A stretch of DNA of 64,000 nucleotides, taken from contig CM082588.2 of NCBI GenBank assembly GCA_040954595.2, forward strand, positions 6,212,202-6,276,201, read 5' to 3'. A model generated the notes under the pieces. That model made no database searches. It was given only the letters and a program-made list of their open reading frames with translations, and was not told where the DNA came from. This document shows, one piece after another, positions 26,401-38,400 of this stretch; positions within the stretch are counted from its first letter, which is position 1, and each line of letters starts with the position of its first letter. The translations under genes and the position numbers were made by a program. The DNA is from Balanoglossus misakiensis. Lineage: Eukaryota; Animalia; Hemichordata.

Positions 26401-29400
26401 TGGTGGTGACGGTCCTCGTCGTCTCCACCGTAACCGTGGAGACCCGGTCCTCGATGCGGACTGGCTGAGCCTCGAACGTGGTCGTGATGACCTTCGACGT
26501 GGACGTGGAGGGCTCGGCCTCGGTCCGCTCGGACTCTACTTTCTCGATGACCTCTGACACCATCGGAGCCTCAACTTCAGCTGGAGGAGCCGCCTTGGAC
26601 CTGATCTCTATGACAACCTCTTGTCGATGCATGGCCTGTTTTTCCTGCAGTACATACAAGACGACAAAAGCATAAGTAGGAGGTAAACTAAAATGATGGA
26701 GAAAAACAGAATATTTCAAAAGTTGAAAGAATGAAAAGGGGAAAACCAAAAATGACAGGCAGATTATGTACACCCGCACTCATAGCAAATGGCAGACCTT
26801 CTGTGATCCATTCAACAAACATCTTAATATTTCCATCCACTTTTCATCGGCCACTTGAGAAAACAGACCTCAAGAGCTCTTACTAACAGCAGTGCTGTGT
26901 GTCTAATTTTAGACATTTCATCTGGTGTGGTTCCACTGGGTATTGCGTTTACACACAAACATTATACTCCTTATAACTGCATTACAAGACATATATAGCA
27001 ATGTAGATGAACTTTAATGCAGCAAGGCAAGGTCAAACTGACTTTTTGAACCCTCTTGATGATCAACTTCCCCCTGAAAATTTGCTAGGATCTGAATATT
27101 TTGAATAGCAGATCGAACCATTCTGTGCAGATGAAGGGGTGATGGCTATACGCTTGTAAATTTTGTGTGATGAAAGACTGTTTCACTGCAAAGCGAGAGC
27201 TGAAAGTTCTGTGACAATTCTCAGATAACCTTTTGACAGTGAATTTAAAACTTGGCGCCAGACTGAAAATCGTTGGACTGCACTGAGAGAATTAAGATTC
27301 AATGCTTCAGGGCAGATTACAGCATAGTTTTTATCCCAACTGCATGCCACCAGAACTGCAACAAATATTGAAGAAGATTGTTGATGACTGATTTTTGATG
27401 AATGAAAGAAACTGATGCAATGGAACCTGAAATGGTCTAACCTGAAACTACCAACAAGGATCTAGACAAAATCCTAGTTAATACTCTCTGACCTTACTTG
27501 TAGCATTATGGCTAATGACAATGAATAATGAAAGAAGGCTGAGAAATCAATCCAGTCAGTGAAGAAATGAAGGAATTGGAGGGCAAGGCAGGGAAATTTA
27601 TGAGTTTCCAAACTACACATGGACTTAATCCTGGCTACTTCCAAAGTCGTGACCTCACAATCAGCTACGCAGACCTTATGAGTGAGAATGGAAACTATAG
27701 ACATTGAACATTCACAACTGATCAAATCCCTTTTTGAAAATCTGCATGGCAGAGAAGAAACAAGTGCTCTCGTTCTTGAAACCAAACTTCCACCCTCAAG
27801 AAACGTGCATCATGACGGAAGCGCTCGCACATTTAGCAGCACTGACATGGTTAAGACAATAAACACATAACATGCCTCCAACATTCTCCAAATATTCCCT
27901 GATTATACCGAGGTATTTAACATCATACAGGAATGACTGCTCACACTTCTAGAGTAGACAATAAACCATATTTTAAAGTGAAAGTGACAAATGAAAATGC
28001 TGTAATATACTGTATTAGCACTGATTATTTCTTATTAAATTGACCAATAATGAAGCTTGGTGAAATTAACATATTTAAAATTTCTGACGTTTAAAATATA
28101 ATTATGTAATTTTTTTTCGGGGGAAGAATATAGCCATACAGATTTCTGAAAGTATGTATTTGCTTTTTACTGGTAGCATTCTCACTTCAGGATTGCATAT
28201 CAATTATTATTACTTGCGTCAAACAAAAAAAGTCCTACAAGAGAGATGGGTCTCTCAACTTTTTACCATGATGGCCTGTTCAGTGAGAAACCAGCCATCA
28301 TTTTTTTACTCTCAGTCTCATTAAACCGTTTGGACAACTTTGCCAGACGTGCGGACCCAAGGATTGAAACCACCCAACATAAAGACAGCTTTGTTTCAAG
28401 ATCTGCCCTGAGGCATCACCTTCATTAAAACACTTAGTGTGCGAAAACCAACCCGGCACACTTTTGACTTTCACTGATTTACACTTCTAGTCGTGAAGTT
28501 GATCTAACATCCCAACAGAAAATAGTAAAATGTAACACATGCAAACAGCATGCTCAATATACTTTATAGATCTCCCGGCTAGACTTGTCTTTCTAAACAC
28601 ATAAAACATTTTGTCCACATCCCAGCTTGTTAACAACAGCGCTGAATGTCAACACAGATAAGTGGGGTACAACAGCAAGTCATTACAGAACAGACCCAGG
28701 TTCACTTTCTGGTACACATGTGACCCTAGACACTTAGACAAGAACATAAACCATGGTATATTCTAGTATCTCTCTGTTTTACAACCAGAATGCGTAAACC
28801 AACGCAAAGCACAGTATTTGACGACCGACTGAAGTTGACCATTTCATAAATTTCACTTTCTCTCTCTCTAGAGATTCCAAAATCACCAGGCTTTTCATAT
28901 CAGTTTATTTGGCATTAGCCCCCAGCGATGCCACAGATACCAATTAAGCGCCTACAGTTTACATTGATTATTCAAGCATGTATACAAGTGATGCAAGTTA
29001 CAATTTACAAATTTCTGATTTCCACAGAGAAAATTTCATCCCGACTCTAACTTTTCCTACTACTACTACAACCTCCAGTGTCCTCAGACCTTTTCCTGAA
29101 CATGGAACAGAAGTAACCCTTCAGATGATAAAATAATGTTCCACAAGAAATAATACTGTCATCATTTCTAGCAACAGCTGAAGTTTAATGCAGTCCTGGT
29201 TCTCCTCTACCACACCTAACTTAGTCAAAGTTCTGCCATTCATCTCAAATTTGACATGTTCTGCAACATCGTGATTTACACATACCCCCACCACAAAAAT
29301 CAATTTCTGAACACACCCCACAATGCCTTCAACACGTCTCCAAGAATGAAACTTACCTACCAACAATGCTAACCCTTGGGAGAAAATCAAGATGGAAGGT

Positions 29401-32400
29401 ATCCTCGCAAAAAAAAAACTTCAACCCTGACCCAGAAACAAGGAAACTTGCAATGTGGTTCAGATTGGCATCCTTAATGACTTTGTACGTCAAGTTCTCG
29501 AATCCTTGGTGAGCCAAAGGAATGGGGTCATGCACTTGGAGATTGGGGTTGTGACCGCGGATGATACCATTCTGAAGACGGCGTAGGGGTGGACGGGTGA
29601 AGGTTAGGGGTACTTTACCTTGATTTTGCTGGAGACGTCTTCCCATCTGTTGTTGAGAGTGATGAGTTCCGGTTCGACAACGGCCTGACATGGTCCGGCC
29701 TGACTGGTCAGTTCCAAGGCCTGGTCTCGCACTTCGTCGACCGTGCTGCGCAGGTTGTTCATGTCCATCTGGAGTTTCTGTGAGAAGACAAGAAATTTAT
29801 TAGTCTCCGACCTACACAAGATATATTCACCTTGACCACCCCATGTTCCTGGCAGTTTGGAATGATCTTTGGTACAAATACATGTAGGTACTCACAGTCT
29901 AAAGTTATGAGGTTACACTGTTAGATATTCACCAAGTTCCCCCATATACGCAAACGGAATATTCTGTTCAGAACAGTTTATATGACTTGTACTTGTTACC
30001 AAACTGGGTTTCAGAATATTAAAGTCTTATGGGTGACAAGGCCCACCAACAAATTGTGTTTGTAAAAGAAAGTTAACATTACAATTATTTACACCATATC
30101 ATTCCAACAAAGATGACACTGTCTAACCCCATAAAGGCACTTCTGTCTTCCGGGGCCCAAGGTCCATAGAACTGCCTGGGAAAGTTTGAAATAAATTTTC
30201 TTTAAGGAACTTCAAACTTATATGAAGCTGAATAGCATCAGAGAAGTTCTGGAACAAAGACGTTACGGCAGACTGCTGTGTGTTCAGCTGGTAGCTGTAA
30301 TGTTTTATGGAGCACCAAACACATGAACAGGTGTGACTTCACAACACAACATAATCCTCTCTCCTCGAGCATGTGTGTATGATGCTGTCATACTCACAGG
30401 TCAAGAATCCCTGCTTCTCTAGGATCTGCAGACCCAAATCTTGCTAAAATATTTGAGTGCCCAGAAGAGTATTATACTTGATACTGTGTGTTAATAAACC
30501 TGGCCAGCCTTTTCTGTGTCCCAATAACCCAGAAACAACTGAATTCAAAGACATTAATTAATCTACAATCTTATAAACAGAGTAACTTAACATTGTATAT
30601 CATATGGCAAGTCAGTCTCTCTTACTCTTTTTCCTCCCCTCTCTCTACAAGCTATCTACCCCCTATTTTTACGTTTGTACCCCTTTCTGACTGACTCTTC
30701 CCCTCCTCCCTTCCTCCCACAAAAACGTACATTACTGATGCATCGTACAGTTCCATTTCACGCATCATCAACCAAGACAAAATCTACAGTAACTTCACCA
30801 TATCAAGAAAAGTACAACTATGTTTGTATAAGAACAAAACTCACCCAAACAGTTCTTACAAGCTAGCCGAGACCACTAAACTGGACAAAGCAAAAGTTGT
30901 AACTGACTGGAAAGTTTCTGTTACTTCCCAAACTCACTAACAACGATACATCTGTTCCGTTCATAATTACCATACTTCATTATGTTTTTTTTACGTATCC
31001 ACACCTGTTCTATTGTGACATGACGTAACCGGCAGTCACAAATATGGGATAAAATTGAAAATTTGCCAGATTTTTATTGAGGTATCGAACTATCAAGCTG
31101 AAACAAGTGTACAATCGTGATAAACCAATCAAAAGATATCTTTCAGACACCCTAACTTGCCAATTCTGTGCACCTTCCGGCCAATACAAACGCTGCTACA
31201 ATCAGTCACCATGGCAATCAAATTAGGACGGAAATTTCTCCATAGGTTAGGGGTTCTGTTCCCAGTGGACAACATTTGGTATGATGTTGGCTCATCTTAC
31301 TTCTGAGCAATATGTTCATGTCATTTAAACGGTCTTTGGACATACCACAGTCTGAAGAAATTAAGGTCAATAGGAAATCATTCTCCAAGTTTCTAACTTT
31401 TTTCAGTGGCATATGTTTAACTGGTTGATTTAGGGGGGTGATCTTAATGGGCAACAGCAGTGGTTACAATTACCCACAACTGTTACTCTGAGTACAGTTG
31501 TCGTTAGTGATTTGAGTTAGTTACTGAGCTTATTAATATGTCAATGAGTTGATGTTTCTCAGCAAATCCTTCCAATACCAGAGAATTGTAAAACTTTGTT
31601 ACTTCAGAGATTACGTAGATTATCTATAAAAGTTTTCATTTGTCTGAAAGCATGATAACGGTAGGATTCGGTCGAATATCCAAAATCAGCAATAAAACCA
31701 TACACACAGCCAGTGATTCTACACAAACAGCAAACGTCAAATGAACAGTTTCAAATACTCTCCGAATGGTAAAATGTTTTTGATCATTCATGGACAAATT
31801 CCACCATTTTCTTGCGAACTTTCCTAACTCTTGTTATGTGACAATAAATCCAAGACAAAAGAACACAACAAACATTTTCCTGCATGAAATGTTCCTCACT
31901 TAAAACACTCATCACTGGAACTTACCTTTAGTGCAGAAATGGACAATTACTTCTGTTCACAAAAGCAAAGCATCTACAACTCCACATCAACTAAACCACA
32001 ACCAATCTTTCCCGATACAAATCCACCAACTGCAAAATACGTCTTTCGCACGTAACCTATCTATTAACCTTCTAACCCCTAGTTCCTGAGATAATGTGGT
32101 CCATCTCCATTGTTTTCAATTGTGGGTTTATCTAAAATTATCAGGGGAATAGGGGGGATAGGTTACTGCTATTTGTTTAGGTTCCAAACCTGACATACTT
32201 CCTAAGGTCAACCACAACTTTGTTGACAGACAGTACCCTGAACCCTGGTGGTTTCATATATTCAAAATCTACTGGCGTTTTTGATGCGTACTGGATCACG
32301 GTGACGCATAAACAAACAATGCCCAATGAGTTTTCTTGAATCTACCACTTCACCCAACACCCCACTCCACCCCTATAGTATACATTAGCCCCATCATTGG

Positions 32401-35400
32401 CAACCATCGATCGGGTTAAACCAATGCACTGTCACAAGGGTGAGTCTACACAACCAAAAAGAACAGCCTGTACCCAGCGCGTATAATGGAATGCGAGATC
32501 ACTGACACAACCAGTGGCATCCCAGTGATCCCAAAAGTTATCTGTCCAATTTGATACAATTCCAATCACAGCTGGCGTTTATCACGTTCATTTTGATGCG
32601 GTAATTACGCCCGGGTCACGAGGTCACATTCCCAAAATGATCCCGCTGTGTGGGTGGAGTAATTACATTAAAGACTATCCAATGAAGCCGACCAAAAATA
32701 TGTTGTTCTGACCCTATAAATGATAAATCCAATATCCATGCTTAACTCTCTCACACAGACACATTAAATTTGCTACACTGGTCAGTCGTTCTGCAATGAT
32801 GCTCCTTCACAAGCAGAGATCAGCGCCTGTTTTAATGCCAGCTCAGATACAAGTTTTGTTTTGCACGTTAACTAGTTTCTTGGACTAGAGATGCCATGGT
32901 GACAAAACAAATTCTACTGTAGACATCCTCATAGAGTTCATCACACACAAAGTTGAAACTTAACTGAGTTGTGAACGTAATGACATAAATATGAAACATA
33001 CAGTGACCAAATTCAGAAACAATCTCCTCAGACAAAAGGGTCATTTTTTGGCAAATTTGTTTGTGTTTCGATTCTTCTCTCGTGTCATGTTGAGACAAGA
33101 TTTCAACGTACACTGAATTATCAAAGCATTCATCAACCTAGCATTATCAGAAAGGCGCTAATTGCATTTTAGTCTTTACTAAGATAAATATGTCATTTAT
33201 CAAGGTCCAGAGATCTAACAGTAGTAGGCCAGTGTGACCTGCATTTCGCAATGAAATACACACAATTATTTTTATTTTGAAATTAACCGCATTTCATGGA
33301 AACTTATAACCGCCATTATTATCACATTTCTTTCCGTAAAGATATTTAATTTCTTTTATTATTTTATCTACTTTTTATCATGATCATTGATATCTGACTG
33401 GTCCATCTGATTTAATTGCTGTTAATGGCCTCATTTACATCAACTCTTGGCTATACTTGACACTTTCCGAGTGGTTGGCTTGTTGCTGTAGCAACTAACG
33501 CCGCCCCCACTGAGCTATCAGTAGGCCATTAGTGGAAGGTCAAAGTTCAACCAACCACAAGACAGATACTGATCTGTCAGATAGCCCATTACTGGGAGGT
33601 GAAAGGTCATTCAAAACAGATACATACATGTGATGGGATGCAGGAAAATCAGTTAAAATTTGAGGATGCCTTTCTTTTAGTTTGAGAAAGAAATATCTGA
33701 CACCTTTAGACACCTTGGCTGTCATATAGTAAGGCTTGCCGTTCAGGATTCACATTCTGTACTCATACGAACCTCCCCTCCCCATCATTTTATATGATTA
33801 ATAGAATGTGCTACCCATAGTATAGTTAAGATCAAACCAACACGGTGGTGAACATAGGGTTGTACCAGTGAGGGATTGAAAAAATTCATCCCATATACCA
33901 AAGAGACTTGTTACATGTATCACAAAAGTTTGTACAACAGACATGTTAGACATACCATTCTGAAGTAGGCCTTACATATATTGAAGCTTTTATCGCAGCA
34001 TACCTTATATGTCTCCACTTCATGTTCGCTGACTTGTTCTTCCGGCGTCAGTTTCTTGGAGGCCTCGATGATCTTCTCCGCCTGTCCCATCCAGGCGTTC
34101 ACCTCCCGGAGCCCGCTGCGGAACTGCTCGATCTGCTTGGAATATTCCTGCGGAATGACGATGAAGAGGTTAATCTCGATCGTCCGGTAGAACCCGGCAG
34201 CGGTGGCCATCCCTCCTCCTCTCATGGCTGCCCCCCCTTTCCCGCCTTCAAACAATCGGTAAAATTTCACAGCTTTGATAAACTCTATGACTTCAGACTT
34301 CAGAGCAGATGTTGCCCGAAAGTCGGACTGTGAAAACTTTGCCGTATCAGACGCCAGAGATTCGTGACAAGACCAGACATTGTTGGAGAGTCACTTCCTC
34401 CCGCAGCTCAACAAGCTCCCCTGTGACGAGACCAATTAAAAATGTCTCTAATATAACTAAAACAGCCACTCCAGCCATGAGTGGGTGGGCCCATCAGGGT
34501 GTTACCATGGCAAGGGTAAATGATGCAACAGACGGTTACCATGACAGCAGCCATTACTGCCCCCTTCCCCACCCCAAGCAAAGAGCCATTAGATTTTTCT
34601 ATTACCGAGTCTTGTTTAGTAAGACGAAAATGGCAGGTCATGAAAATTTGACATTTGCAAATTAGAACTGAGGAACAAATTAATGGGTCTTTATCTTATC
34701 AGTGCCTAAATAATAGAAAGTGCATTGATATGATTGGGATTACATTTACATCATTTGCAGACAGTGACGTTTTCACAGATTTGTTATCGCACTGAAAATT
34801 CTCTCAAGGACTTCAGGGATAATTCTTAGTAATCAGGTCAATTTCTATAAAACTACTACTTAATTTCTTAATAGGGAAAGTGTTCAAGCCTTGATTTGTA
34901 AGTTTACATGCTAAGCTAGATGTTTGAAGGCAACTCAAGAAACCTCCTGAATTCTAGTTAAGTATGATGATTAAAGGGACACAGTCATTAAAGGGACACT
35001 AAACTGAAACATAACTGTGTTGACAAGATGGACACTTTTGAATTTCTTTGTGCTTCAAGGAGTAGAAAATGAATGCTCAAAAAAGCAGGACAGGTATTTC
35101 CCCCCAAAACATTACCAAATTTTGCAGATAAATGTCCACTAAGTACCAGCACGTAAAAAGTGAGACATCAAATTCACCTGTAGTTGGAGTCTTATTTCCG
35201 CGCCTCTTGAACACACATCATTCCATCTGCTCTCAATCTTTTCCATATCTTCCTGCACCGTTGCCAGTTGTCCGTTTTCACCGATGGCAATCAAATCCTT
35301 TCCGGTTTTCTGGATCACTTCCAGTTGCTTCTGTTTCTTGGCCATGTCTTCTTGCCAGTTCTGGAAAAACAGGGAAAGGAAATTGGAAGAAAAAACAGTG

Positions 35401-38400
35401 AGCAACACATCACTGACATGTGATGTGTACAGTCCTACAACGAGATGTGCTAGGATGAACAAATCAGGACATGGGTTCCTAAAATGATATAGCTAACTAA
35501 CCAATCAGAGTGTGCGTTACATATCCTCACCTCACTCCACTCAAGTTCCTTATCCAGATTTTCCACATTCTCTCCGACAGCTTCCTTCTCCTTCAACTGC
35601 AAATCCATCTTCTTCAACCATTCCGTAATGGACAGACTCTCTTTCTTAAATGTCCTGGAAAGTTTCAAGGCCTTCTCTAGATTGACTTTTCCGTCTGTGA
35701 CTTTCTTTCCCAAAACATTGTACTGTTGTTTCAGAGTGTTTAATTTCTCTGTCAGCTCAGGTGGATTGTCGACTTGCCGCTTTTCAACAATCTGTCGTCC
35801 GGTCTTGATGACGTGTTCGACAGAATTCTTCACTTCGCTAAGACTCTTGTAAAATCCCTACAAAACAGAATTACAAAATATTTCAGTCGAAATCAAACAA
35901 AATTCATGAATAAAATATTTAAAATGAGTGTACACAAACAAGCAGGACATAGAAAAGAATGCAGACTTAGAGGACGACCTATACAGTCAAACCTGTGTTA
36001 GTGGCTACCTCTATATAGCAGCCACCTCATAGTGGCCACTTGGTTACAGTCCCTGTGCAATTTACATAATGCATTAATTGACCTGCCTATAAAGTCCATT
36101 GGTCTATAAAGGCCAGTATAGGAAAGTCCCTTGACTGGCCACTGTAGACAGGTTGGACTGTATTTCTAAAATATAAATTTGTTATAAGATTTCTCACCAT
36201 ACAAGCATCTAGCTGTGATTGTATGACTTCAGATTCGCCATTATTGAGGGTGATCACACCGACTCCCTTATCCACACTGTCCAGTACGTTTTTCACATGC
36301 GCCATCTTGGGCTCAAAGTCGGCTGGCTTCTGGAATTTCCTGAACTTTGTATGTAATTCTTCAAACCGTTTCTGTCAATGGGAAAGAAGTTTGTATTACA
36401 TGCTGTTCAAGAAAAACTATACAGTTGGAATACAGTTATCACTTAGTGGTATAAACAGAACTTTCCAATATGGAGTATTTCAGTGACCTACCCGGAGTCC
36501 ATCTATTTGCTGCTGTAGTTGATGTTGTCCAAGTCCACTGCCTGGTGTCGCCTTGGATCGGACTCTTCTGTTCAGAGCGTCCAAATCGCTTTCATGTTGA
36601 GTGAAATCCCTCTGCAATTGCTGTGGGTGCAGAAACAGAATAGCATTAGAATTACTACATCCATAGAAATGATCAGCCACATAAGGACCACCGTCAGGAC
36701 TGCTGGTATACAGAGTGTGTTGTATTCAATGACGCCGAACTGGATCAGATCACAAAACAACTCAGTCAAGATTCCCAGTGCATTCTTCAGTAAAGCCAAA
36801 CTAGAACTGATCACAAAACAACTCAGACAAGACTCACACTGCATTCTAGTCAGTGAAGCCAACCTGGATCAGATCACAAAACAAATCAGTCTAGCTTCGC
36901 ACTGCATTCTATTCAATGACGCCAAACTGGATCAGATCACAAAACAACTCACTAGAGACTCACAGTACATCTTATTCAATGAAGCCAAATTGGATCTGAT
37001 CACAAAATAACTCACCTGAAATTCTTCTGGCACATCGGCGGCTGAAAAGTTCGAGGCAAGTCTCTGATCCAAAGTTTTGTCCGTCTGCGTTGTCCAGCTG
37101 TTGATGACTTCGATGTCGTCGATGATCTGTTTCATCACCAATGCTGTGTCTTCAAGCGCCTTCTCTCGGTCTTGCACCTGGACGAGAGAACATTGAACAC
37201 AAAATATATATGAGAATATCTTTGCCAGCTTTTGCATTGTTAGGCCAATGTTGAGTCTATATAACTCTTACCATTTGAGGACAAGACATTTTGTTGAGTG
37301 TATACTACATACATGTACAAGCAAGGCAGCTGGACAGGCCAAGAGCTCATTTAACACTGTACAGTGCCTTCACAAGACACCCCACACACAGAAAAATGCT
37401 CTATAGCCCAAGATCTTGTCTTTACTGAATTTTACAAGGGTGAAACTGAACATGCATGCAATTTTAAGCTGATCAGAATTCTCTAACCAGAACAGAAGTG
37501 TCAATCAATTCCATCCAATAAAGGGGTACACCACTAATAACACGGTCCAATGAAAAAACACGATCGATTCCCACTGTTTACTGTTTCTACTTCCAAAAAA
37601 TCGAGAAACGTCACTTCTACCCTGTCAACACCTCATTTTGGTTTAACCTTTGTGTTTTTAATAGCATGTCTGGCCGCACACACTGGGAATTGGGGAGGGA
37701 AAGGTTACAATGTTCACATAAACACTACCCACTCCAGTCAATCCCTCTCCGCACATTACTTCATAATCAAAAGATCAGTTCTGCCAGTGGGCATTTTAAT
37801 TGCACAATCTGCTAATTATTTCGAGTCAGTGTATGATTAACTACCTGCATAGAATAAACATCAGCCCCCACATTCTATAAACAGACAGCCAGAATCGTAT
37901 CTGTACACGTAAAACACAGCTCTGTTTAGAATGCTTTATTCTCAAAAGGCAAGAACTACTTAGTGTAAATGGGCAATGGGGATTTTCCCAGCCTGTAGTT
38001 TTCCAGAAGAATTTGCACTTAAATTACACTCATTTGTTACGTCTTGTTACTGCTGACTACTAAATGTGAGATCTGTTCCTTGGTGCAAAGAATACCTTCT
38101 CTGTATAGTTCTTTATATAATATATCTTCATAGTGATGATTTCATCTGCTGGTCTGTCTGTCTGTCCCCTGTCTATCTCAGCATGTCTGTTTTGCAACTG
38201 TCTATATCTCTCATTATCTGTGTGTGTGTGTGTGTGTCTATATGTATGTATGTCTGTCTGTCTGTCTCTCTCTCTATCTGTATTCCCCTGTATCTCCCCC
38301 TTCTCTCTCACCTTTCTGGTCACTTCATCCGACTGTTGGTTGTACTGCTGCACTTCGCGCTCAATGCTGGTCACCATGATGCGATGCATCAGCAGAGTTC

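Noticed and set aside
31919-31955. Strong AAG|gtaagt donor with a possible 27-nt microexon
   Set aside because: In-frame stop in phase 0 and no other support.
36519-37010. 163-aa plus-strand ORF with repeated ITKQL motifs
   Set aside because: Translation of the 63 bp minisatellite, antisense to the gene.
25400-37015. Tandem repeats considered as CRISPR-like arrays
   Set aside because: No unique spacers, no cas genes, and the context is a eukaryotic intron.
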